Shown: positions 37,856-51,234, counted from the whole stretch's first letter. The stretch is 63,180 bases of DNA, filler included, from Octopus bimaculoides (GCF_001194135.2; 5 parts of 3 records of this genome joined end to end with filler, not necessarily neighbours in it), one strand, 5' to 3'. Numbers and translations: made by a program. Notes: a model not told the origin generated them from the letters alone.

Positions 37856-38928
37856 GTAGTAGTAGTAGTAGTAGTAGAAGTAGTAGAAGTAGTAGTAGTA
37901 GTAATATTTATTAATGCTAGAAATTGCAGAGGTAATGAATGGCGGAGTAGGTAGACAATATACCTTGCCGTAATTAGTTTTTTTTTTGATATTTTAAGTT
38001 CTAATCTCGGCGTTATTAAAAGTCGTAGAAAGTAGTAGAAATTGATCTCTCAAACCTCTAAAGGCCCAGGCTAGAGGCCTTTATTATTGGTAGTGCAACC
38101 CTGACAAAATTGCAGTCTTCCTAAATGTTGTCAATCGAACTCCACTCTGCTGTTACCGCCAACTAAATCCGATTAAACAATATTGCTGTAAGTTACAGTT
38201 GTTGTTTTGTGAGTTTACATGAAGCAGTAAATGCTGTACATTTTGTACTGGTTCAACTACTTACTTCTTCATGTTTTATTTGAATGATTGAGAAGAATTC
38301 CATGGAAGCAGTAATTCAAGATTTTGTTTCACTTGCATTACTAATGCTGCTGAGAAAGCACCGTCATCTCACAATATCATTCATCTATGTAAGACATCAT
38401 AAATTCAAAAATCTTGTTAGGTCTGTTGGATCTATCAAGTAAAATTGATTAGTTTGTGTGAAGCAAAATGATTTTGTCTGAAGGAAGTAGTGACATTCGA
38501 TATCAGACTGATGTTAGATTAATCATCTTATTGAAAGAGAATGGGATGCAGGATGTAAAGATATAAGTTTCCAAGCCCCAGGGAAGTACTGGAGCCGATT
38601 TAATGAACTGTACTCCACTCCCCCACAAAATTAGGCATTATATCAATAATATATAGACACTTGCTCTATGAGTATGTATGCATTACTACATACATGTTCT
38701 GGATATATTTTTCAAATTTATCAAAGTTACAGAAAGATCACCATCTAACACCTTTTTCATTAGAATGTAACCCTCAAATATAGGTCTATAAGAGTATATG
38801 TATTTAAGGTTCGATCTATAACCAAATGTATGAATGCAAAACATGGATATCATTACAATATACAGATGTGTATATATTGACTTATGTATGATTTGTATGC
38901 ATATACATATGTTTGTATTATTACTCGT

Positions 38929-38984
<56 letters not shown>

Positions 38985-39182
38985 ATCCGTTACCTTCTAA
39001 ACTTCAGGAATATTTTACATATTTTACATATCTTAACACTCCCATTATTGGCTTATAACTATACTTGCCTAAATAATAAATGTAGAAATTAATATTATTC
39101 AATAATATTATTAAATAATATCAATTTTAACTAGTGGTCAGCATACCTCAAAACGTCCGACGACCGTGAATTTTATTTAAAC

Positions 39183-39440
39183 ATAAACAATATGAGAGAT
39201 TACTATATGGATCCCTTGTATGCTAAAAATAGACGTCAAACCGTCTTACCCCACTAAACCTATGTTCTCAAATTAGTAACACGCTAGATGTTTATGAGCT
39301 ATGTTTATTTCTTTTCATTTGTCTAGCTCGTAAACATCTAGCGTGTTACTAAGTTGAGAACGCAGATTTAGTGGTAAGACGGTTTGACGTCTATTTTTAG
39401 CATACAAGGGATCCATATAGTGATCTCTCATATTGTTTAT
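39183..39440. repeat. Long inverted repeat: about 118-bp arms, 22-nt spacer
   Basis: 39183-39301 is the near-perfect reverse complement of 39324-39440. Confidence 0.9.
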
Positions 39441-39544
39441 ACCTGCCCAATTAACCGTATTTTTTCTGGCTTTGCAAAGTCCAGCTTTCAAGGCTGGTGC
39501 CAAGGTAGTTAACTAAATAAATGCCTCAACAATTACTGATGAAA

Positions 39545-41350
39545 TCTTAAACTTGGCATGGGAAGTGTATCTGCAAAGGTATTTTCCCCCACTTATCTTT
39601 AAAATGATATTAAAGTCTCTTGAACTATTGGTTTTATACTGTATACACTTTTCGCCTCAGTTCCCCATCATTATATCGGGTCTGTTATTGAAATCACTTT
39701 ACTGAAGTTTCTACTAGAACATTACGCCAATATTCTTCCATATTATGTATGATTATGGTTTCCTCAGTATTGTAGCTTATATTTTATCTTTGTGAATATC
39801 CTTTCTGTGGATTGCATTGCATAATGTTTTGACTACGACATCTTCCACACAGATAGATACGTAATGACATTTTCAGGCAGCTGTAGATGTGGATGATATT
39901 TTCGTAATGACTCTACAATCTGCAAATGCTTTATCTGTATTTTTGCCTTTTTTTTGCGTTAAGTGTTTCGTTAATTTTTGTTCTTAGATTATGAAAACAC
40001 CTTTCTAAGTAGCCATACTTGACCTTCTGCTGATTGGCATACAGCTTTTCATCTAGTGATCTACTGCGGTAGAGCTGAGCAATTTCACCCATACTCATTA
40101 GTCAAAGAATAACTACTGATAAGCTCATTTCAAACTTTCCTCTCGTTATCTGTCTCATGTATGATGAGTTGATCTATAGATGATGCACTTTAACACTTGA
40201 TTGATTGATGTTATCGAAGGATATGATGCGACGTTCAAAGACTCTTTGAATCGATACGGAGCTTCTACGCTTTTGCCTTCGTTTAGGTAAACAGTTGTTG
40301 ATATGGAAATTTCTGGTGATGATTAACATATATGCATGTGTTTAGGTATGTATTTATGCATTTGTTTATGTATATCTGGTTTTGTTAATATTTTTTTTAC
40401 TAGTAATTAAAGATCCTATTTCGAACTTTAAAACAATGGACTTCCATTGAAATATATGATTTGTAATTGCAATTTTCTAATTAGCTGTGCTCTTTTTGAT
40501 TTTGTTAGTATACCCTAATGCCCGAATAACAACAGATGTAATTCTGAAGTTATAGTTAGTTTGTGGATCGTTCATTAATTTGATTAAATATTTTTCTTTC
40601 CTTTTATTTTTTAACATTATGTTAACGTCTTTTGGATAACTTATTTCAATACTTTTCTTATTCCTGTTCCAGTTTGGTCTGTGGTACATAAATCTTATTA
40701 GGTTTTTACAAGAACATTCCACCAATATTTTTCATATAAAGGATGTGTTTGTCCTTTATATCGTTGTTGTTTCTTCTCTTGAACATCACGACTCTCTTTT
40801 TTACAGACAGCAATGATGATATTTTTGGACAACTTCTTGTAGTGTGGGTGATATCTTCATTGTAAATTCCATAAAGACTTGGTTATTTTTACCTTTACTT
40901 TGGTGCTTTGCATGTATCTCCATCATTGTTTTCATTGTTACGCATTAGATAATTTGTTGCTATTCCTACTTTTAGATTGCCAAAACTTACTTTTCAAATT
41001 GAAAGTTAATGTAACTATTGTTCGTCCAGGATAATCTAGTTAGGCTGTCTTGCTTGTGTTACTCTGAAGAGGAAATGTTTTCTGTTGCTAAGCAGAAAAA
41101 CATTTCACCAGATGTCCTATTGCATTAGAGCTGTTCAACTTCTCTGGGTGTATATCTCTGATCAATAGGCAAATACTTCTTTCTAAGCTTTTCTATAGAC
41201 CTGTTCCATCGATGCTTAGCAGATGCTATTGGAGAAGGGATATCATGCAATATCCGAAGGTAGTTTGGGTCAAATTGTTCTCGTTTTAATCACTGCTGCT
41301 GTGGACATCTTTGGTGGAAGGGATTAGTAGTTTCCAGGTTTTAATAGCAA
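39545..41350 (-). mobile_element. Highly degenerate RLE-bearing (R4/R2-group) LINE
   Basis: ICRL*SHYENIIHIYSCLKMS (CCHC), DVVVKTLCNAIHRK, FNNRPDIM..EKC...DFNII.KI..KY (PD-D/ExK), across frameshifts. Confidence 0.55.
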
Positions 41351-42307
41351 CGGTGTGGATTTTACCAAAAATCCAACCCAGTAGCACCAAAGTGCTATGA
41401 GAACTGAAAAACAAATACAATATAGATTCATGGATTATTGTATGCATAGACATCTGAGAACCATATTATTTCTGTCCAGAAAACTTGTTTATACGTTTAT
41501 CTCCACTCTTGATTCCTGTAGTTATTTTGTGTTCAAAATGTCGATATGAACCTACAATAAGATGTTTAGAATAATAACTCGATCTCTGTTCATGAACGAA
41601 ACTCCTGAACGCATTGAGTTCTAAACATCGGTTATATGCCCTCCTCAAACATTGTTTTCATTCGAGCATAATATTAGCGGGTTATGCATTCCTTGCCACA
41701 AGCATTATCATAGGATGTACATTACTCTACGTATCTATTCATTCTTAGTATGTTCGGGCAGATGTTAAGGTGAATATTTGGTCGTTATTTTTCTTCATTC
41801 GAAAACATCTCCTTTTAAACGATGTGATCACATCACACGCGAGTCAACGGTGTGAAAGGAACTGAGACACTGTGGTGCTTCTATGTTATTGTGTATTTCC
41901 TCTATCAAAACCACCTTGGATCAAAGAATCTAACTAGCGTGCAAACCTTTGTTCAAAGAATTCATCAAAAAACTTATTTGCCGATGCCTGTTAATGTCTG
42001 TCATCGTCTATAGGGAGACGTCTTCCGCAGATGAAAAATAACAACGATTAGATATTTACGTTCGATTCTGACATATCGTACTGAAAATGAATAGATACAT
42101 TACTGTCTGGATTATCGCTGTTCTGCGTGCACCACAAGAATTATTATCAGTTTGGTGGACATTACTCTGTTGTGCCATAAATCGTTATCAGCATTAACTC
42201 TGTCGGTCGCTTACCACAACAAATCAAATATGACCTTGTGGGAACTTTAAAAACTTTTCCTTTTAAACAATTCCTTAGATTCAGTTGTTATATACTCTTC
42301 GCTATCG

Positions 42308-42624
42308 TGGATGCACAATGGCCCAGTAGTTAGGGCAGCGGACACGCGGTCGTAGGATCGAGGCTCCGGCAGGGGTTAGTGGCGAACCCTGCTGTATACT
42401 CTTTCACCACAACTTTCTCTCACTCTTTCGACCTGTTTCTGTTGTACCTGTATTTCAAAAGGCCAGCTTTGTCACATTGTATCACGCTGAATCTCCCCGA
42501 GGACTAAGTTAAAGGTACACGTGTCTGTGGAGTGCTCAGCCACTTGCACGTTAATTTCACGAGCAGGCTATTCCGTTGATCGGATCAACTGGAACCCTCG
42601 TCGTCGTAACCGACGGAGTGCCAT
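42308..42624 (+). mobile_element. SINE family C, internally deleted, with 13-bp TSD TACTCTTCGCTAT
   Basis: TSD at 42293-42305 and 42625-42637. Confidence 0.9.
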
Positions 42625-42777
42625 TACTCTTCGCTATTTATCTTTACCTACCAACTCACCTACATACCTATCATATATATCAGTCGATTGATGAATATAT
42701 TGATCGCTTGCATAAATGATATACCTGCTTGTCAGTCTGCTCACCTGTCATCTATCACTGCGTTCATTCACATAGCC

Positions 42778-42865
<88 letters not shown>

Positions 42866-44201
42866 GCCTGTCTGCCTGTCTGTCTGTCTGTCTGTCTGTC
42901 TATCTGCTTGTCTGTATCAGTCTGTTCGTCTGTGTATCCATCTACCCATTTGCTTACGCATCTAGCTTCCATTCATCAAAAGCCCATCCATCCATCTATC
43001 CATCCATCCATCCATCCATCCATCCATCTCAATTGTTAATTTGCCATTGAAATAATTTAGAATTTGAATAAGAAAAAGACGAGTCAATTATTTGAATTTT
43101 TACTATATTCCAACTTGTCTTTATTAATTTTTACTGTATTCCAACTTGTCTTTAATTAAAGTTTTTAATTAATGGTTTTTAATTAATGGTTACATGATGA
43201 CACTAATTCTATCGAGCTGTGTACATGAAAATAATTCTTTAAATAAAACCCATTAAATATTTCGACTGCATCTCTAGAATTTATCTCTCTGAGATTTCAG
43301 TCAGCCGGTGGGAGTTTCATTATTTACTCATGACAGTTTTACAGCTTCGTTCACCTGCTCCAGTCATTAGCGCTGCCACAACGCTAGCCTCTGATAACAC
43401 AAACCCAATGATGATACACGCATATCGTTTTATACAAGCAAACTAGGCTAGTAGCTAGTAAATGTAGGAACGCAATGAGTTCCTGCTTTTATCTTATCTT
43501 ATCAAATGGGATATGTTTGTACATATAACGCAGTTTAACTTCTAAGCACTCTCTGATAAAAATCCACGTTTCTCTCAAGAACACCCAGCAATCCTTTTCT
43601 CGATTGGATAACATTAATAACATAATATTCATCGCTTGATGCAATCTGCTTCTATCAATGTTTTTTATTCACTTAAATTAGTCCATTAGGAAAGTTAAGA
43701 TATACTTAAATGGTGGGTAATTTAATAGCTTGCTTTACTTCTACGAAAACAAACTGACTTTTATCACTAGAAGTTATCATTCAACGGTTTCAACTAAATT
43801 TATTTGTCATTATCTTTTAGCCTGATATTAAGTGTGCATATAGTATATATATAGGATGTATGCAAATATATATGCGCGCGCGTGTGTATGTGTGTATCTA
43901 GACACACACACACACACGTACACGTTTGTATGTATATATGTATGTATGTATGTATACAAACACATATATTGTGTCCGTATGCGCGTTTGTATGTAAGTAT
44001 ATGCCCATGAAATAATAATACAGTTTCATTGGTGAATTAGCATAGATAGTAAATAGTAAATGACAGAAAAGTAAAGACTATGTAAATGACAGAAATATTA
44101 AGACTGGAAGGGGGGTATCGTTTTTCACACGTAATACACACACACACACACACACGCACGCACGCACGCACGCACACACGCATACACACGTGCACACACA
44201 G

Positions 44202-44244
<43 letters not shown>

Positions 44245-44377
44245 TTACACTCACCTATATACACATACCAAGAGATGNNNNNNNNNNNNNNNNNNNNNNN
44301 NNNNNNNNNNNNNNNNNNNNNTTAATTAATTAANNNNNNNNNNNNNNNNNNNNNNNNNNNNNNNNNNNNNNNNNNNN

Positions 44378-44436
<59 letters not shown>

Positions 44437-44485
44437 TTATCTATCTGTCTATCTATCTATCTGTTTCTCTCTCTCTCACTTTCTG

Positions 44486-45057
44486 TAATAGACATCCGTC
44501 GGTCTAGAGAGGCAATGGATCTGCGCCAAAAGAAATCGTGTCATCTGCTGATGTGGGTGCAGTTTCTGTTGTAGCTATACAGACCCACATGGATGTGGTA
44601 GTCATGCATACAGCGACCTCATTTGAAGGAGCTCTCTGCATGTGCCTCTGATTTTTCTTTCCGTCAAGTATGCTTTTCTTTGATGGCAAGTACATATTTT
44701 CCTTCCGGTCTCTTCATTTCCTGTTGCAATATCTGCCGCCAGTGTTGGCGATCATTTGCAATCTCCTCCCAGATCAAGCGACTTCATATCTCTCTTCCAT
44801 ACATCTTTGAAACGAAGATGCGGTCGTCCACATTGTCTTGTGCCAGTAGCCAATTCCATATCCAGGAGGTCTTTTGCAATCTTTCCGCCTGGCATGCGAT
44901 GGACATGACCGAACCAGCGCAATCGACGCTGGTGGAGCAAGATGCAGCATTGACAGTGCACTCTGAAGAGCAAATGCAGCACCTCGGGGACAAACTCTTA
45001 AAGGCCTGCAGGGAATTCAGCCTGGCTACTAGTCTGAAGAAAACCCAAGTAATGGTA
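44486..45057 (-). mobile_element. RTE-clade LINE 3' fragment (44486-44949, minus) with an inverted RT segment (44941-45057, plus)
   Basis: Minus strand: QRRLRWFGHVHRM...GRPHLRFKDVWKRDMK. Plus strand: DAALTVHSEEQMQHL...SLKKTQVM. Confidence 0.85.
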
Positions 45058-45182
45058 TTTTGTGGCGCGCTAATACGAAGACATTTGAAATATAACCCTA
45101 ATTTAATCAGTAGAACAATACACATGTCTAATTTTATGCTGACGTCTCGTGTATAGTTCTGTAAATTATATTGAAAAGATCC

Positions 45183-45248
45183 ATTGTACTGATGAGTCAT
45201 GACCTATTACGTAAGTAATTTAGGTTGATGACGAAACCGGTCTACAAT
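45183..45248 (+). ncRNA. Intact minimal type-I hammerhead ribozyme; predicted cleavage after C45242 (GUC)
   Basis: Stem I ATTGTA/TACAAT; CTGATGA; stem II GTCAT/ATGAC with an inner hairpin; GAAA; palindromic stem III ACCGGT. Confidence 0.85.
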
Positions 45249-45499
45249 TAATTATTTTGTATATTTTCATGTTTCTTGCTCGCATACGTTCTGGTGCTTA
45301 CTGAATTTTCTTGAGCACAAACTTTAGGGGTCAAATCATAGGTGATCTTCTTCTAGCATAATGGATGTCCACCCAGTGGTCATCCCTATTATATGTATGC
45401 AATATATTTTTTGTTAATCCTCAGATTTTTTCAGTATGCTCGACCACTGGTTTTAAATTGATTTAAATTAATATTGAATTTGATACCCTTATTATTTAA

Positions 45500-45575
<76 letters not shown>

Positions 45576-45971
45576 ACTATGAGGATATATAAACCCCTTA
45601 TATGGATGGTTCCATCCCATTCAAACTGGTTTAATATATCATATTGTGAATAGATATTTCTTCAATGAATACATGATAAATATCTAATATTATTAAGTAG
45701 GAAAATGGAGAGGTTTAATGGATACGATTTAATCTATTAATTAATTAACGTTGCCTAGAATTGTTTCAATTCACACTCAATACTAATTATAAAACATTTA
45801 TAATAAAACAAGTCTGCATTTTCAAAATTTTTGAGCGAAATATCATCAGGGCGGAAGGACATTAAGCAATTTACTTGCTGATTGGTTTAAATCCGCCAAC
45901 AGATTTCGTCTGTTAATTAATTAATTAATCAATTAATTTATATCGATTAAATCGCTCCATTATTCTTAATA

Positions 45972-46046
<75 letters not shown>

Positions 46047-46059
46047 TTAATAACAATAA

Positions 46060-47740
46060 TCCCAAATTCTTCGATTATGGAATGTACGAACCTATTTGGT
46101 ATTGCATGGAATGTTGAAGGATTGCTTGGAAAAAGTATAATGAAGTGGAGGACGAAACTGACAGCATATGGAAGAAGTTTAGGGACAACATAAACCAGAG
46201 GACTGCCAGTCACGATTAATTTTGTACTGTGCATGATACCACAAACACTGATTCTGAGGAGAGCCAAGGCTGGGTATGTATCCAAGAGCCACTAACAATA
46301 TTCCAACCGCTTGATATTCATGGATGACCTCAAACTTTATGGTAAAGATAAACCTCAAGTCAGTTCCCTCGTTGATACGGTGTATACTTTCACTGTTGAT
46401 ATCAGAATGGAGTTCCGACTGATAAAGTGTGGTGTGCTATATTTGAAGAGAAGCAAAACCAAATTTATAGATGGGTTATTGATACCGTCGGGGTAGTTTT
46501 GGAGGCAGATAGAATAGACGAACTATAAGTACTTAGGGATATTGGAAATGGATGAATTGACAGAGAAGGAAATGTCAGAAAAACTTGAGGTGGAGTACTT
46601 GCGTAGACTGAGAATGATACTTCACTCGAAATTAAACGGACGGAATATGATTGAAGTTATCAACACCTGGGTGGTTTCACTCTTTAGATATGGAGCAGGG
46701 ATACCCGCATGGGCAGTAGACCTAATAAACTGCTTAGAGAGAAAGACAAAGAAGTTGCTGACTAGATTATGGGTTATACTCTACCAAAAATGTGAGACAG
46801 ATAGGCTATATGTACCAAGAAAAAGAGGGTGAAGAGGAATGACTGAATGCGAAGACAGCGTTAGAGCAGAAGAAAATAACATAAAATATTCTACAGAACC
46901 GCTATTATTGGAAATAAGAAGGTTCTGTTGGATGGAAGATTGCAAGGATAAAACACTGTACCAGCACTTCAAAATGAATGAAACTGAAAATTGGTGGATA
47001 AAGAAAAGAATGCATGGATAATGTCATAGGGATGTTGAAGAGAAGACAGACAGAGCAAAAAGATGTCTATGGATGACTAAAAGTGATTTTAAACCGGGAG
47101 CAAAGGCTCTAATCTGTGCTGCCCAAGAGCAAGCATTAAGAACCAATTACATCAAATACAGAATAGACAATACGATAAAAAGTTATAAGTGCAGAATTTG
47201 TGAACAAAATGGAGAAACCGTATGGCATATCACCAGTCAATGTACGCCACTGGTCCAGAAAGAATATAAGAGAAGTCATGACAATATAGCAAGGGTTGTC
47301 CATTGGACACTTTGCAACACGCATGGTCACGCATGTGATTTTACGATTCAGTGCGACTATGAAATAGAAAATATGAAGCCAGCCACAGTGTTAATTGAGA
47401 AAGAAAGCAAACGATGCAAATGATGCCCATCTGACAACAAGGTATGTGATAAGGAAGAAATAAATGTCGGTAGTTATGACAGGCTAGCTTGGGAGGTGAA
47501 GAAGTTGAGTTCGCTGAAAAATGTGGTAGTAGTGCCAATAAATGTCGGATCCCTGGGAATAGCGAGTAAAAATCTTGAGAAGTTCATGGAACAAATAGGA
47601 GCTGCAATAAGGGTGGAGCACTTGCAGAAAACAGCACCGCTTGGAATCGCGCGAGTACTCCGGATTGTACTCGAAAAATTAATCTAGTGAACAGCTGGCA
47701 CCGTACTACATCTGCAGCATTAAATGCTGTGCATAGACAA
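46060..47740 (+). mobile_element. 5'-truncated R4/Dong-clade LINE (RT, CCHC, RLE) inserted in (TAA)n
   Basis: IFMDDLKLYGK, EYLRRLRMILHSKLNGRN, AAQEQALRTN, CRIC..ETVWHITSQC, LQKTAPLG; flanked by (TAA)n and (CAA/TAA)n arrays. Confidence 0.9.
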
Positions 47741-47840
47741 TAAAACTACAGCAGCAACAATAACAACAGCAATAATAATAATAACAACAACAACAACAAC
47801 AATAACAACAACAACAACAACAACAATAACACCAGCAATG

Positions 47841-47915
<75 letters not shown>

Positions 47916-48479
47916 TATGAGTGGGGCTGTGTCTACGCTTGAGTTTGTTCATATTTGCATATTTTCGGTTAGGTGATAGTGTACATGTATACTTCTATCT
48001 CCAAACACAGACTCTCACAGACAAAAGTCAACATTCAAAATCAAATTTTTATCAACAACAGCAACAATGATACCAGCAAAATAACCATCTTCGGAATGTT
48101 TTGATCTTAACTGAATGAGGACTGACTTTAGAAAACCGAACAACAACAATACAAATAACACGAACGATATGATTAGCACTACAATGAAACTATTCCCACC
48201 ATTACCTTTTCCACCAGCACCATCATCAGGACTAATACAAGCGAACCCACCATCATGACCGGTTCCTGATTTATAAATAACCAACTAGTAATGTCAACAG
48301 TAGTAGTAACACGATAGCAATGTCTATAACGTTTTATGCTGTATGCCAACACAACAATAAGTATGAATACCTGTGTGTACATGGATTTTGTAGATTTTAT
48401 TGCTCATATGAAAGGTGCAAAAGGTCAAGTGGTCATGGACTTGGTAAACTTTAAACTAACTCTAATCATCCCGTAATCT

Positions 48480-49470
48480 TTCACCCTCACTCCTTCATTC
48501 CTACGTCTTCGGTGCACACTACTGCTCAGCATAGAATTACTTGTGAGTGGATCGAGGAGGGAGTTTTGAAATGGCCAGCCTAGCGTGAAGCCTGAAGAAG
48601 AAGCAGTCCACCCATCAACCTTCACCAATAATGTGAAGTAAGGAGTAACCATCGACGAAGTCTGCAAATTAGTCACGGTTCTGCAAACAAAATGATCGAA
48701 ACTTCGCCTCCTTCAAATGTGTGCGAGGTGGGTGTCAGTTAACTTACCCAAGTGCATAAGCGCAATCGCGTGGAAATCTATCGAAGCTATCTCGACCGCT
48801 CCAACGATGAAAGCAAAGTTTCTTCTTTGATTTTGTTTTTGCTGACAAAATTTACAGATGTGACAAGGGTTCATCACTTTGGGTCAAAATCTAGACTGGG
48901 CATGGAACGGAAACATCCGGAATAGCTAACGGACAAGGAATTCAGGACAACCTTCCACAGAAAAAGTGATACTAACCAGGTTGGGGACGCAATATGGTAT
49001 TATATCATAGAAGTAGTGTAGGTAAAAGTGAAATACTGGCCAAAAAACTGAAACTAGCACTTTTCACCAGCCGGGGAGATATATTGCTAAAGCAACTATT
49101 TTTTGGAACGACAATGCACACTCACTAAAGGCTGTCAACATCTTTGAAACCATTGAAAAATTGGGTTTCGAGTTGCTGGAACACTCTTTATAATCTTCGG
49201 ATCAGATGCCTTCCAGTTATCACTTCTCTGGATCACGCAACTATCCTTTACAAGTTGAGTGGGGATTTGCTATAGAAGAAGCGAAGAAAGCGTGGCATAC
49301 ATGCCGACGAAACAAAGGGAGAAGCTTTTTCTTCAATGGAATAAGCAAGATTTTAGCCACCGGAACTTTAAAAATGACAAGAGAATCAAGGAGAATGTGT
49401 TGAAAAATGATTTAATTGCTCAACTACTTCTTTTGTGATTACAGAAATAAGAGTTTGTACAATGTCTAAC
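48480..49470 (+). mobile_element. Near full-length degenerate mariner transposase
   Basis: CARWV, HKRNRVEI, NDNAHS, EKLGFELLEH and FFFNGISK motifs, in mariner order across frameshifts. Confidence 0.8.
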
Positions 49471-49729
49471 ATACGTTGTTATTAATTCTTGTAACATCTA
49501 CGGGGTCAAAATAATAGGCAAAATAAAATAAAATAGAGTATAAATACTAATGACTCAATTGCTAGATGGTACAAATGTGGAAGACCCTGCAATATAGATC
49601 TTGTGTAATATTTTAAATACAATGGTTCTTGCATGTATGCACCTAGGGTAAAATTTGATGTCAAATGTTTTTATGACGCTTGAAAAACAAAGTTGTTTTT
49701 TTTTAAATTAGGAAAGCGGAACTTTTAAT

Positions 49730-50640
49730 CAAAATCATTTTCTGGCTAGTAAAGGCTGGTTTGAAAGGTATATGAGGGTCTTGATTTTGCACTTCATATC
49801 TATGGCTAGTGTAACTGGTAAAGCTAATACAAATACCAGTATAAACTATACTGAGCAGCTGGAAAAGCATAAGAGAATGGAAGCAGCAAAGCAAGTATAC
49901 AATGTTAAAGTTTTATTTGTCTGGTAGCTTGTGCCCGCTAGATGTTATTTTAGTTTCTTTATTTCTCGACGAGAAGCCTCCAAAAATTGCCTGATGCTTC
50001 GTTTGAGAACAAACACCGCTTGTGATATGAAATTACTGCCACTAATTGATTATTATCCAGAAAAGTCATACAGAGTTTAAATTACTTCTGATTTTTGCGT
50101 TCGAATTAGAAGTCAAAGAGTAACTGAAAGCCTTACATTAAGTGGATTACAAAATTTCTTTTCTGCAGTAGTATAAGGGTCACAACGACAGACAATATAT
50201 CCAGTAAAATATTACTTCTATTTGATAATTCACTAAACTACGTAATGCTATTCACAATCAGAAAGCCTTCAACTTTGGAAAATGTGGCAATTGCAAATGA
50301 TGGAGGTCTTGAACAAGTCATAATGGATGATATGGATGAGTAGCTAGTGGACCATTAAGAACACTTATACTATGAAAAGTAGAGTAACATGAGAATTTAT
50401 GAGAATGTGTACATTTCAAAGACTCTGTTCAAAATGATTCTGAAGAAGATTACTAAAGCGCTGGCTCTTATAACGTAGGACCTATAAGTTTTGTCAGATA
50501 ATACTGATCCTAAATATAGCATAACAGTTGAAAGTAGAGTTCACACAATCAGATGACTTCCTAGCTGAGCTATACAAGGAAGTAGTACTTCAAAGGATAT
50601 CAAACAATTTTGGATGAGTTCTTCCTTCATCATTTAGTTG
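49730..50640 (+). mobile_element. Degenerate pogo/Tigger transposase remnant
   Basis: FLASKGWFERY (CENP-B-type HTH), KQVYNV, and C-terminal ELYKE...QTILDEFF-like segments. Confidence 0.6.
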
Positions 50641-51053
50641 TTTCTCATACCAGCACTAACACTACTAGCATAGCAAGGTTTTTTTTATCTGTTAGAACAT
50701 TCCCTATAATTATTCTTATTTGTGCCTTAACGCATTTCTCTTCAAATACCTTCATGTATATATAGATGTATTATACTTCGTTTGGTACAATCAAATAACA
50801 ATACGGTACAATTTTCGGAAAGGCCTTACTTTCATGATGGCAAAGACCCTGAAATATGAGGCGGAAGATTAACTGAAATGAAAGAATGGTACTGTGATGT
50901 GGTGTCCAGTTTTACAATTCTATAAATAATAATAACGGTGAGTGTATATGTTTATATGTAAGTATATGAGTGTATGTGTGTGTGACTGTTTGTATGTGTG
51001 TGTCTGCTTGAGATAGTGTGCGTATTTATTAATATATACGTGTTTGTATATAA

Positions 51054-51106
<53 letters not shown>

Positions 51107-51170
51107 CGCGCATGCCTCTCTGAATATGCATGGGCACCAAAGCAGTTTTACAAAGGTTTGAGAGACTCAC

Positions 51171-51234
51171 CTCACTATTGCACTGTATTTGCATTGATAG
51201 TAAGAAGACCAACAACACCAAGAAAAAATATCGG
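51171..51234 (-). CDS. Possible exon encoding a signal-peptide/TM-like stretch RYFFLVLLVFLLSMQIQCNSE
   Basis: Perfect donor GAG|GTGAGT; modest acceptor; no in-frame ATG. Confidence 0.25.

Noticed and set aside
41072-41106. 13-bp hairpin after CTGAAGA
   Set aside because: No GAAA/UH core follows, and it lies within decayed LINE sequence.
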